The notes under the pieces: generated by a model
What the model saw: the letters and a program-made list of their open reading frames with translations, nothing else
What the model was told of the DNA's origin: nothing
Databases searched by the model: none
Translations under genes and position numbers: made by a program
Assembly (NCBI GenBank): GCA_025558095.1
Contig: JAIVFI010000005.1
Location: forward strand, 558,001 to 622,000
Direction of reading: 5' to 3'
Origin: Hyaloraphidium curvatum SAG 235-1
Lineage: Eukaryota > Fungi > Monoblepharomycota
Length of the DNA: 64,000 nucleotides
Shown here: positions 12,140 to 23,961 of the stretch, piece by piece
Layout: every line of letters starts with the position of its first letter
Position numbering within the stretch: the stretch's first letter is position 1

Positions 12140-13018
12140 TTACTTCGCAGCAGCAGCAGCCCACTGGCCCCGGAGGCTGATGTAGCCCGTGATCATACCG
12201 GCGAGGCCGCTCTGGAAGCCGTCCAGGACCTTGAGGTCGGGGCGCACGGCGCCGAGCTGTCGAGGGATCAGGGTCCGTCCCCGCCGTGCCAATGCGCGCG
12301 TTACTCACCACGACGGGCACGAGGGCCGCGGTGGCGATGATCGACATGGTGTTGATGCGGGCCTTGACGGCCTGGGCGGAGCGGTCCTTCTCGTCGCCGG
12401 CGCCCTGGGTCTGCAGCTTCTTGCGCTCGAGGTAGAGCCGCACCAGCGTGGTCAGGAGGTTGACCAGCGTGGCCTGGCCGGCGCGGAGGCCGTGGCGTCC
12501 GATCGCGGCCTGTTGGGTGGGCGGCGTCGGCAACGGACTCCGTAGGGGGACAGGGCTTTACCCACGGCGTCCAGGTTGAGGACTCCCTTGCCTCCGAGGA
12601 ACGCCAGGTTCTCGGAAACGTAGTAGACGAGGTTCGACGCGAGCTCCAGGCGCGTGAGGTTGAGGATGGTGGAGTCCGTCACCTCGGTGTTCGCCTCGAG
12701 GGCCTTCCAGCCTGTTGAGCAGTGCCCGCCGGTCAGACATGTCGCGTCAATCTCCCGAATCAACCAACTGTTGATCACGCCCAAGCTGCCGGGCAGGCGG
12801 AGCGTGTAGCCGACGTCCGACAGGACGGCCAGCAGGGCGGCCATCTTCTTGACGAGGTCCGGGGCGGCCGAAGCGAGCGACGAGTTGGACACCGCTTGCG
12901 TGAGGAACGTGAAGAAAAGGATGAAGGAGCCGATCCCGCCGGTCGTGCCGGTGAACTTCACGACCTGCTGCAAACGCGGGTCGGGGGCGCCGACGAGGGT
13001 GCTCAGAACGCCGGGCAT
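12140..13018 (-). CDS. PEX11: Peroxisomal biogenesis factor 11 family protein
   Basis: VVKFTGTTGG...LSDVGYTLRLPG; YYVSENLAFLGGKGVL; C-terminal GLAGMITGYISLRGQWAAAAAK*. Three introns. Confidence 0.75.
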
Positions 13019-13452
13019 CTTGGCTCGGCTGCGGTCGCCACGTCCGGATCAGATCGCAGGAATGCGCGTGGAAGAATCAGGGGGGAATGTTGAGTTCCAA
13101 GCGGAATGGACGAAGTCGCGGGATGCGGAGCCGGGAGACGTTGTCGAGATGGCCAACGGGAGGGGACGACGGAGTCAGCTCGATAAACTAAATGGGCGAA
13201 ACGATCTCGCCAGGAAACTGACGATATAGGCCTGAGGACGCGAAGGGGTCGGTTCGGGAACCGGGTGTTTGCGTCGGCCCGATCTTGCTCGCCTCGTGCA
13301 CCTCCCAGGGCCCTCTTGGCTACATGGACACGCGCCGACACAATACACATTCGATTCGGGGAAAAGTGGGAGGCGTTGAATATCCACCCGCTGCCGGGTT
13401 CGGCCGATCAATCCTGCTCGCACAAGTGAGGCTGCTAGTGACCTTTTCTAGA

Positions 13453-15273
13453 TTACTTCAACAAGCCCTCGATCGCCCTAACAGCAGCACGCGTAGCGAG
13501 CCTGACGAGGGTCGGCCGCGAGTCGCTCGACCACCGCGCGGAAGTCGGTGCGTAGCTGCGCTCAAACTGAACCTGCCATGCCCAGTAGTCCACGTGATCG
13601 GAGAAGACGTTCTTCAGGGTGTTGAATTCCTGTTCCGCAAGCCCAGTGACCTCCACGTCCCGCAGTTTGCCGAAGCGGGTCACGAAAGCGGCCAGATCAT
13701 GTGCCGACATGACGATCTCCGGGCCGAAAGCAACCTTTTCCAGGGTGTCTGCCCACCGTGCAGCTGCCAGCTCGCAGCAAAGGGTTCCAAACTCCAGGCG
13801 ATTGGCCACGTGGAAGCGATCGGCGAAGGGGAGGATAATGGTCTTCAAGTTAGGGGAAACGATAGCCGACAGCAGCTGCGCAACGTCCTCATCCGGTAGG
13901 GCGCGGTTTGTGCCGACGCCTGTTAGCGAGAACGTTTCCAGCTGCAGGCATTCCCCGATCGATTCTCTCAGCGAAGCACGGAACTCGGCCGAATGAAGGG
14001 CAGCTCGACTAGGGCACTCGACTCCGAAGTGCCGGATCTGAGGAAACGCGGACAGAAGTGATCCGTCCAGCGTTGGCTCGCTTCCGAGGCGAGCAAAGTC
14101 GCCAACCAAGTGCACCATCTCCACAGAGTCAGGCCTTATCTGATAGGGATAGTTGGAAAGCCAGCGCAGCGTCGTCAGGTTCGTGTTTCTAAAGGCCAAA
14201 GTTCTCAGTGGCTGCTCTCCTTTGGGAATGGGACTGGTGCGGAAGAGGCTGCCCAAGATGTTCTGGTTCGGATCGAGCTGGTTCTCGATAACAATCCACT
14301 GCAGCTTGGAGCACGCCTCAAGCCCCGCACTGCCGGACAGCCGGGCGCCGGCAAGACCCATGCTCGCGTTCAGCGCCAGAGCATCCACAACCAGACCCTC
14401 AAGCGTTGAACCAAGCGATTCGAGGACCACCCTGAGCTTGCTGGTGTCATCCAAAGTGTTGCCGATGCACAAGACCAGCAATCCGCGGCGCTCGGCGTCT
14501 TCGGCATCCGAAAGCATCGGCAGGTTCCCAAGGCTTTTCAGACAAGCCGCGTAGAGGTCCACCCAGCCCGCCCGACGAAGGCTCTGAGCCAATTCCTCGC
14601 CCTTTTGCCGCTTGGACTTTGTGACTCCTTTGGTCGCAGCGCCCGACCTCTTGGCAGAACGCAATACCCACGCACGCGAAACGTCGAGATACTCTAAGTT
14701 TCGAGAAAGGTGCGAAAAGGGAGACTCCGGGTGGCCCACAACCAGAGTGTCCCGGCTGTCATACACGACACCTCGCATGTCCAAGACTTGAAGTTGCTTT
14801 CCGACAGCCCTCAACAGAGGCAGCACCTCACCCAGTTTCCGTCGCCGAACGGCCAGCTTCCTCAGCAACGACGGATAATCGAACTCCAAAGACGCCGAGG
14901 AATCCGAAGTCCTAGAGCTCCGCTGAACCTTCAATTTCAGAATTGAAGCAATGCTTGGGGGCATTCTGTTTGTCCGGAGGACGGAAACCGTGTCGCGCCT
15001 GTCGCTCCGGAGGCCGCGAGTGTAAAACCAGTCGGACATGTAGGCAGCCAAATCATGGTTGTCATCGTCGAAGAAGACGTCGCCCTCCTCCTCGTCTCCG
15101 AGAGCGGACAGATTCAGCGTCCGCGTCGCCCAGAGTCGCGGGATCGCGGAAACAGCGAAGCTCCTTGCCGTCAGCGCAAGGGCGAACAAATCATTGGGAT
15201 GCACGTGCAGAGATATAATGGTGGCAAGCTCTGGAGGGACGTATCGCTCTCCATGCTCCTCCACCGCAGCCAT
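13453..15273 (-). CDS. F-box protein with degenerate leucine-rich (RNI-like) repeats
   Basis: N-terminal VPPELATIISLHVHPNDLFALALTARSFAVSAIPRLW F-box pattern. LxxLxL repeats (LQVLDM, LEYLDV, LETFSL, LKTIIL). Long single ORF. Confidence 0.7.
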   Translation of the reverse strand: MAAVEEHGERYVPPELATIISLHVHPNDLFALALTARSFAVSAIPRLWATRTLNLSALGDEEEGDVFFDDDNHDLAAYMSDWFYTRGLRSDRRDTVSVLRTNRMPPSIASILKLKVQRSSRTSDSSASLEFDYPSLLRKLAVRRRKLGEVLPLLRAVGKQLQVLDMRGVVYDSRDTLVVGHPESPFSHLSRNLEYLDVSRAWVLRSAKRSGAATKGVTKSKRQKGEELAQSLRRAGWVDLYAACLKSLGNLPMLSDAEDAERRGLLVLCIGNTLDDTSKLRVVLESLGSTLEGLVVDALALNASMGLAGARLSGSAGLEACSKLQWIVIENQLDPNQNILGSLFRTSPIPKGEQPLRTLAFRNTNLTTLRWLSNYPYQIRPDSVEMVHLVGDFARLGSEPTLDGSLLSAFPQIRHFGVECPSRAALHSAEFRASLRESIGECLQLETFSLTGVGTNRALPDEDVAQLLSAIVSPNLKTIILPFADRFHVANRLEFGTLCCELAAARWADTLEKVAFGPEIVMSAHDLAAFVTRFGKLRDVEVTGLAEQEFNTLKNVFSDHVDYWAWQVQFERSYAPTSARWSSDSRPTLVRLATRAAVRAIEGLLK

Positions 15274-15485
15274 TGTGTCCGGACTTGCGGTGCGCGATCG
15301 CGCCCCATGCACCCCCATGCGAGCACCTCCGCGGCGGAGATTCATCACGACGACCGAAGCAATGTGCAAGCAAGAAACTGCGCCAACAAAATCCTGTTCT
15401 GCTCTCTTTTACAACGTCCGTCGCCAATCCAATGCATCCGTTCCCGCACCAAACTCGCCCCCCATCGCCTCCAAGGCACACCGGC

Positions 15486-18056
15486 TCAGCGCTTGCGGTA
15501 GTTGCGCGAGAACATGAGACCCGTGAGACCCCTGGAGTTGAGCGTGGTCAGCATCGGGGCGATCGTCGAACCGCAAGCGAGACACGCACATGAACGCAAA
15601 GAAGACAAACAAGGCCGAGTTGACGGCGTAGCTGACATTGGTCGTCGCAATGTCGTTGGGCTTGACGCCGTTGATGTAGGTGATGAAGTCCGCGCCCTGG
15701 CCGATGGGGCAGTACGATCCGGCGGGGAAGATGTTCGGCTCCCGTACGGCCGTCTCTGCCGCGGTCGTCCCGGCGTCATACACAGAGTAGCCGCCGAGCA
15801 CCCGCGTGGTCTGGGCTTGGGTGGTGAAGTTTCCGGGGGTCGTCGAGGCCGGCGCGAGGCGGTTCTGGATGGCGAGGGAGTTGGCGGCGAGCGCGGCCTG
15901 CGTCGCGGGGGTGACGGATTGGAGCTTGGCGGTCTCGGTGTTGGCGTTGACGACGTCCATGCCGGCCCTGGGACAAGGTTAGCGCGCGTGCTCGTTGCGG
16001 AATCAAGGAGGCAAACGCACCAGAACGTGGTGACGGCGACGGCGTTGGCCTTGTCAGCGACAAAGCTGGCGTTCTGGGCGTGCGCAAAGCCGCTGGCCAC
16101 GGCCTCGGAGATGCCGGCCGAAGGGAGAGGCCCGCAGGGCACCTTGAGGTCGTAGAAGATCTGCCAGCACACGTACATGAGGCACCAGCGCCAGTAGTTG
16201 ACGTCGGCGATCCAGCGCAAGCCGGGGGACATGGTGTCGAGCGGGGCCTGCACGCCGCAGAAGATCCAGAAGATGAGGCCGGCGGCCCAGAGCGCGGTGT
16301 AGGCCTGCACGAGGGTCTTGGACCATGCGGACCAGGCCTGGGCGACGGCGGTGGCGAGCCAGAACTGCAGGAACATCATGGGATAGATCCGGCCGAAGGC
16401 GTACGACAGCCAGGGGTTCGCCATGTAGAAGATGATGATCATGATGATGGTGGTGATGACGGTGACAAAGCAGCCCTCGAGGACGAGGTACGTGAGCCAG
16501 AAGGGCGGGGTCGTGTAGAAGGCGCCGTCCATCTCCTGCAGGTACAGCTCGCGGTCCTCGAGGAATTGGGGCACCGAGGCAATTGCGACGAAGATGGAGA
16601 AGAAGGTGTAGGTCGTCGTGATTTGCCGCAGGGTGCCGAGGTTCGTGGGGTCGATCTGGTGCGGAAAGGCCAGCGGTGAGCCGGGGCAGTCCGCGGCACC
16701 GAGCAGCGGATGTACTCACGCCGTAGAAAATGCCGCCCATGAAGAGTGCCAAGACCAGGAAGAGGAACAGCCGTCCCCACGAGGTCGAGGGGTTGCGCCA
16801 GTAGCGCATGAGGCAGCGCCAGCCCAGCAGCCGCATGAGGTCCCACCACTGCCTCTCGACAATGTGCTCGGAGTACCTCACTGCGCTGTAGGTCTGCGAC
16901 TTGAGCCTGTTGAGCTCGGCGAGGTTCGCGCCGGCGAGGGGCGACTTGTCGTAGTAGGTCGCGGCGGCCTGGGTGTTGGCGCTGATGACGTCGAGGTAGT
17001 GCTCGATGGGGTTCTGCAGCTTCGGCGTCGGGTAGCCCATCGTGCTGAAGTACGGCTCGGCGGCGGCGACGGGGCCGAAGTAGCACGTGCGGCCCTCGGA
17101 GAGCAGCATGGTGTTGTCGAAGAGGTTGAAGACGGCCTCGGAAGGCTGGTGGATGACTGGACGTGCCATCCGTTTGGCGTGAGCTGGGGATAAGGTGCAC
17201 GACGCAGCGATTCGAACGCACCAATGACGACGCACACGTTCTCCGACTTGACATACTTGAGCACGAGCTCCATGGTGAAGCGGGCGCCAAAGTCGTCGAG
17301 ACCCCTTTGCAGAGGCGGCGAGGGTCAGCGGCGCGATCGGGCGGGGCGAAACCCTGCAACTCACGAAGTGGGCTCGTCGAGGAAGAGCATGCGCGGGCGG
17401 GCAATCATCTCCGTGGCGACTTCGGTGCGCTTCTTCTCGCCCGACGAGACGCCGCGGATAAGCTCGTCGCCGACGGGCGTGTTCTGGGCGTTGGTGAGCT
17501 TGAGCCCGGCGATGACCTCGTCGACGCGGGCGACGCGCTCCTCGTGGGTCGAGTTGCGGGGCATGCGGCACTCGGCGGCGAACATCAGCGTCTCGCGCAC
17601 GGTCATGGTGGGGATGTGCGCCATCATGGTGGTGATCTGCCCGAGCCGCCTCTTGAAGAAGACGTCGGGCTTGGTGCCGTTGACGAGGACTTCGCCGGTG
17701 ATCTCGCCGAGCGACTTGCGCTGCGACAGGATGTCTGACGAGGCACCTACGGTCAGCAGCGTGAAACGCTAGGGACGACAACCGACGCACCGAGCAGCGT
17801 GGTCTTCCCCGCGCCCGAGGGCCCGATGATGGCCAGCGACTCTCCGGGCCGGGCAAAGCCGGTGTTATCGATGAGGGAGTGCACGACCTTGGGCTTGCTG
17901 AAGAGCCCGCCAGACTTGAGCTTGCAGTTGACATTCTCCCACGTCACGGTGTCTGTGTCCCGAGCGTGCTGGTGAGCGAGGAGTCCGGTGGGCGCAAAGG
18001 AGATCCGTACAGCCGGCGTGGTCGCTCGCGGCCGCGGCGCTGGGGTTCGCCTCCAT
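15486..18056 (-). CDS. ABCG (White-family) half-transporter A, copy 1
   Basis: Walker A GPSGAGKTT, signature VSSGEKKR, Walker B LFLDEPTSGLD, H-loop VIHQP, TMD RYWRNP...DRELYLQE. Ends RNYRKR*. Multiple short introns. Confidence 0.92.
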
Positions 18057-18491
18057 GTCTGGACGTGCGGCGCAAGTTCGGAGTGGAGCTGGTCTTGCGT
18101 TCGCAGGCTGCCTTGGTCGTTAGGGAGCGGCGTTTGTGAGGGGTGGCGGGTTGGGAGACAGCAACCAGGTGGCGGCTCGGAGACAGATAGATTGCACCTG
18201 GTGACCGGAAAGTCGAGACCCACACTTCCGTTGCACCGCGACCGTCCTCCCTTCTACAGGGCTAATTCCGATGCTTGTGATGAATTATTCGGCGGTGTCT
18301 TGAGTCCTTCCATGCACGTTCGATTGGTTCGACCAGTGCGGTACCCGTCCCCCTTTTCGCCGCTGTTGCCACGGCCTGGACCCAGGCTGTCTCCCACGGT
18401 CGCCGCCCGGTGTGGTCAACAGCCATCAGTTCCGTTCGCGCCTGAGGCAGCCTATAGGCACTGCTCCAATCGACCGAGGGCCAACCAAGCC
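18057..18491. promoter_or_regulatory. Putative bidirectional promoter between the two ABCG genes (mirrored at 34501-34936)
   Basis: 435 bp between divergent ATGs. Contains CCAAT/ATTGG words (gattgg at about 18323, ccaat at about 18466). Confidence 0.5.
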
Positions 18492-21363
18492 ATGTCGGGA
18501 GCCCCCGAGACCGTCGCGGCGCAGACCGTGGTGGCCGACGCCGCTGCCACCGTGCAGGACGCGGCGGCCGCCGCCGGCGAGCAGAAGATCGCCACGGGCC
18601 AGGCGTCCATCGCCCTGCCCAAGGCCGGCGACAAGATCGCGCGGCTGGCTTCCTGGTGAGTCCAGCTGCCGCTCCCGGCGCGCCCTTCTGACCCGCGACT
18701 TGCAGGGCCGTGACGGACCCGAACCAGCTCAACCCCGCCTTCTTCTCGTTCAAGGACATCTCATGCGTGCTCAAGTCGGACGGCAAGCCCAAGGTCCTGC
18801 TCGACATGGTCTCGGGCTACTGCAAGGTGCGCCTCGCCGCGCCGGTGCCGCGACCCGCCTGACCGTTCCCCGCCGCAGCCCGGCGAGACGCTCGCCATCA
18901 TGGGCCCCTCGGGCGCCGGCAAGTCGACGCTGCTCGACATCCTGGCCTTCCGCAAGACCACCGGCAAGTGGACGCAGGACATCCGCCTCAACGGCGCCCT
19001 GCTCTCCAAGCGCACCTTCGTCAAGGAGTCCGGCTACGTCACCTCGGACGACCTGCTCACGCCCGAGCTCACCTGCAAGGAGATGCTCCAGTTCGGCGCC
19101 GCGCTGCGGCTGCCGCCCAACTGGACCACCCCGCAGCGCGAGCAGCGCATCTCCGACGTGCTCGAGGTCATGCGCCTCGGGTACTGCTCGGATCGGCGCA
19201 TCGGCGGCGCCCTCCAGCGCGGCCTGTCCACCGGCGAGCGCAAGCGCCTCAACGTCGCCATGGAATTGCTCCCCGTCGCCTCGGTGCTCTTCCTCGACGA
19301 GCCCACGACCGGCCTCGACTCCAACACCGGCCGCGAGATCATCGCCAACGTCGTCGAGGTCACGCGCCTGCGTATGCTGGCCTGTGTCGCCACCATCCAC
19401 CAGCCGTCCTACACCATCCTCGCGCAGTTCGACTACCTGCTCATGCTCGCCAAGGGCAAGCTCTGCTACTACGGCCGCGTCGTCGATGCCATCCTGTACT
19501 TCGAGTCCCTCGGCATCCCCGTCGCCGGCAACCCCGGTGAGTTCTGGCGGGCTGGCCGCGGCGGATCACTCTGACGATCGTCGTGTTCCAGCCGAGATTT
19601 ACGCCGACGCCCTCGCGGCCCAGCCCGACCGCCTCATCGAGGCCTGGGAGGGTTCGGCCGAGAGGACCATCCTCGCCAAGAAGGTCGAGGCAATCCACTC
19701 GGGCCAGGGCTCCATCAACGATGTCGTGTCCAAGGCCGACCAGACGCCGACATTCGCCGACAAGATGGGATTCTACCAGGTCGCGCCCGTCTGGCAGCAG
19801 TTCTTCCAGCTCTTCAAGCGCCAGGTGCTCGTCTACGCGCGCAACCCCGTCATGTCGACCTCTCGCATCATCTCGGCCATCATCGTCGCGCTCTTCTTTG
19901 GCGGTGCCTTCTTCAATCTCCCCCGCACGCTCACCGGCATGCTGTCGCGCGAGAACGAGATCTTTGCCTACGCAGTCATGATTCCCGGATGGGGCTCCTC
20001 CGTGATCGCGTACTGGGTCGAGAAGCGCAAGGCCTACTACCACGAGGAAGCTGCAGGATACTACCACCGATTCGGCCACCTGCTCGTCATGTTCTGGGTC
20101 GAGTTCATCTTTTTGTCGTGCATCATGCTGGTCCAGGTGGGTTCCGACAACGGCCGCTTTCGCGAGCGATCTGACCTCGATGGACACTGTCTCCAGGGCG
20201 CGATCATGTTCACCATGTCCGGGTGGATCCAGCGCAACGTGGGCATGTACCTCGGCTTTGGCGTCGCCGTGACCTTCGGCTCGACCGGGATGAACCTGCT
20301 CTGCGCTTACTGTTCGTTTGTCGTGCGCGGTCGTCGGTGCGTGCCTCTGACGTCGCACCATCACAGGCGCCGCCTCGATCCCCTACGCCAACGCGGCCTT
20401 CACGCTCAACTTCTTCTACAGTCTGGCTCTTAGTTCGGTCTGCATCGCCGGCACGCTCGCTCGTTCGCGCCTGGGCTGACGCGACCGACGTACCCGTTCC
20501 GCCTCATCAGATCTACTGCACGGACGCCTTCCTCTTCCCGCGCTCGCCTTCGGCCCGCGAGTTCTGGTCGTGGTTCTCGTACGCCCGCAGCTTCATCGTC
20601 CCCGTCGTGCGGCATGAGGCCCTCGACGAACCCCTGTCGTGCACCCAGACCGACGACCCGCAGACCAGCCTCATCAAGCCCCTCGACTTGGGGGGCACCG
20701 CTCTGACGGGGTACTACGGCGCGGCCAAGAACCTCACGGCCCAGGCGGCGGCCGCCAACCCCACCATCGTGCAAACGCTCAACTCGTTCGGTTCCTTCCC
20801 GCAAGCCACGGCGGAGCAGAACGCGACCATCACCAGCTTCTGGAACTCGGGCACGACGCTCAAGAATGCGCAGACGTCGCTCGCCACCGCCCAGGCGGCC
20901 AACAATCCCGCCGACGTGATCTCGAACCTGCAGAGCATCGTCGCCGCCGCAACCGCCGTCTTTGCCGCCGCCGCCAACATCCCCGCCAGCAACACGGCCG
21001 CGATCCAACAGGCGCTCAACCAGACGGTGACGGCCAAGAGCATCATGAACATGGCCACCGTGCTCGTCGAGAACCCGCTGCCGGGCTTCACGCCGTGCGT
21101 CTTCGACACCGGGGAGGGCTTCCTCGACGCCATCAGTGGTCTCGAGTGGTACGTCCGTAACTCGTCGGGTGCGATCGTCGGTCCCGGCAAGGACAACTTT
21201 GCAGCGACCTCGGACGGTTTCTACGTGGTAAGTTGCTGCTACGGGCGTCGGCGTCGGTTCGGAGCTCACTCTGTGCTGTTAGGCGGTTGCGTTCATCACG
21301 GGCGTGGGCTGGTTCATCCTGGCGTACCTGTGCTTGTGGTTCTGCAACTTCAGGCAGAAGTAG
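18492..21363 (+). CDS. ABCG (White-family) half-transporter B, copy 1
   Basis: Walker A GPSGAGKST, signature LSTGERKR, Walker B LFLDEPTTGLD, TIHQP, TMD YARNP...KRKAYYHE. Long Ala/Thr-rich extracellular loop. Ends CNFRQK*. Confidence 0.92.
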
Positions 21364-21893
21364 GCCTCAGGGACGACGGGCGCTGCAATTGGATAGGGAA
21401 GACGGAGAGAGGCCTCTTGTACGAGTTTTAATAGGGACGCCGTTGGATTCACCGATGCCTTCGGAGTTGTGTCGACCTGCGAAGCCACCCCCGCTCCCGC
21501 CAAAAAGCAGCCTGCTCCTGACAAGGTCCGCCAAACCCTCAAACAGTCTGGCACCGCGCGACAATGATGACGATGATTGGGAGAACCAGTCACGGCGCGA
21601 TCGAGGCCGTAAGGGTTGCATGTGGATTTGCGGGGACGGTGGCTTTCTGTTCGATGGCGATCAATCCCCAAGTGGAGACGGACCTTCTCTTCCGGGTTCC
21701 ACAAGCTTTGAACTTGCTTCGTCCGACAACTCAATCGACGATGCAGCTGGGGATCAGAACCACAAAGTCGATTGCACGCGAGTCGCCGACGTACAATGCG
21801 ACGCGACGGCACGACGTCGCTGAAACTCTCCCTAGAAAGCTAGTCGGGTATCATTGCATCACAGCATTAAGATATCGCTACGCAATCAAGAAA

Positions 21894-23840
21894 TCACTTT
21901 TTCGCCTTGCGCTTGCCGCCCGCTTTCTTAGCCCCTGCTATCCCCACGAACGTCCGCTGCTCACTCGTCCGGAGCGCATCGGGAAGCTCCTCGGCGATTC
22001 TCCCATGTGAAGCTATTTGCTGGCGAGCCCAGTCCAACTGCTCGGGCTGATTGGGATCCAGCCAACCTTCCATAACGGCCTCCAGCAACCCGAGCCGGGC
22101 AAGCTCCCGGAAGTAGCCGTCCAAGAAGGGAGCAAAGTCTTGGTTCCTGTCGATCCCCTCCGCCTGCGGCACTCGCGGTCAGCAATGCACGTGAAAGGCG
22201 TCTGCATCCTCCCACCTCCCATCCGTGCCGCGTTTCCCAGGCGCTCTCGACCTCGCGCGTTGCAAACTGGTGGCTTTGTTTCACCCTTTCAAGCGCGACT
22301 TCGACGGCATGCTTTCGCTCGGAGCCGAGCTTCTCCAGCTGCTCGAGCAGCGGCGTGACTTTGACAACATCGTTGAAGTCGGTGGACTCCCACAATGAGG
22401 CCGAATCAGTGACGCTATCAACGACGACGGCCCTCTGCGCATCGGAATGCGCGGCAAGCCACTCTTCCATGGCCGACTTGAGCTTCGCCGTCGCACTTCG
22501 CACTTCAGCGAGATACGGCAGCCTGTCTAGACATACAGCAAGCAACGAGCAGGCGACATCGCTCGAACTGCCCCGGTGAGACTATGGCCATGCGACGGGG
22601 ATCCGGAGTTACCTTTTCATGACTTTTCGGATGTCCGCCATGGCCTTCTCCAACCACTTGTCCTTGCCGCGGCTTCCCAAGGTCGCTACCAGAACCGGAT
22701 TGACCTGCAAGCCGTCGAGCTTCCACACCTCCAGGCTGTCGCTGAGCCCGTCGGGACGGACGCCGACGTAAGCGATGAAGTGGTAGGCGTCCTCGAAATC
22801 GTAGTCGATCCCGTCGTCCTCCTCCTTCTGCCGCTCGTTCTCGTACGTTTGCTTCCGTATCGCGAGGATCTCGGAGGGCCGACCGTAGTTGGTGTGGATG
22901 TGGTGCAGTTCTTCGGAGTTGGAAATCAGCAGTCCTTTCATCTATGTGCAGAGAGCATGATTGACGTGCGCAGGAGACAGCGTCGCAACCCACCTGGCTG
23001 CTGAAGTCGGCCGAGAACCTCTTGAAATTCTCCAGCATCTCTCCCACGGAGACGTTCGACTCGTGTGCCAGATTCATGACGATGTTGATCAGGCCATGCG
23101 TAGCACACGCATTGGGCACCACTTGGTTCGAGAAGAAGAGATGCGGGGGTGCGGGGGTCGAGTCCTTGTCAGCCGCGCCAACAACATCGTTAAACTTGAA
23201 GCACAGGATGAGCCCGAGGATCCGGTCGCTGGGGATGAAACCGGGTCCCGCCCGATTGTAAGGGCGCAGTTGGTCGGCCGCCCAATTCCCTCACCGAAAG
23301 GACTCCCAGGCCCACTCATCGGTGTCCAGCACCTCGAGGATCTCGATGCCCCGCACACCTGCGTCTCGCAACATGTTGTGGAACGATCCCGGATCGCTGT
23401 CCACCGTTGGCCATGGAACTGTCGATTGCCCATCACTTGGCTGCCAAACCACGGAGAAACCTCTCGCTTAGCCCACATGATCGCAGCGGAATCCCGGATT
23501 TGGAAAAGGCCGGGTGTGCTTCCTGGGGCTTGTGCGGCTTCGGTGCCGGCGATGACCGGGCCTCGCCGGGCGTGCAAGCGCTTGGCTCCGCTACGTCCAC
23601 GTCCATGTCGGCTGTCTCTGGCAGCTGAGGCACGGAATCCGACGGAGGATCCTGCTCGTGTCCTGAAGCAAGGCGTAGCAAAGCTTCTGTTGCATCCTCC
23701 TCCGTTCCCCTCGAGCCGTTGCTAAAAGTGCCGACAGGAACGACCGCTTCCCGGGCCGCAGGCGCACCGGGATCTGCAATAGAGCACGTCATCGTCAGGT
23801 TGGATATTCAAAGATGCAGCCGCTTGCCTCCGGACGCCAT
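21894..23840 (-). CDS. Ubiquitin C-terminal hydrolase, family C12 (BAP1/Calypso/UCH37-like), with ULD and basic C-terminal NLS
   Basis: WPTVDSDPG, NQVVPNACAT (Q, C), YHFIAY (H), LDGL (D), SLLAVCLDR, ULD EGIDRNQDFAPFLDGYFRELARLGLL, tail KKAGGKRKAKK. The first intron is probably GC-AG (23774-23827), so the start is less certain. Confidence 0.88.
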
Positions 23841-23961
23841 CGCCGGACTACGGCAGACGGCAGCGACGCCGCCCTCTGAGATGCGTGACTGATGATCTAA
23901 TCGACGATGAATTGGAGCACGCCCCTGACAGGGGTTCCTGGAGGACGCGTCGCGTAGTGCG

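Larger units (their letters stand above)
15420..21630. repeat. Left arm of a ~6.2 kb near-identical inverted repeat (segmental duplication)
   Basis: ORF track shows identical translations mirrored at coordinate sums 52992/52993. Differences seen only at the arm ends and in one G-run in the shared promoter. Confidence 0.97.

Noticed and set aside
15274-15369. Longer N-terminus for the F-box gene starting at 15369
   Set aside because: Non-ATG start in the track. The ATG at 15273 directly precedes the F-box.
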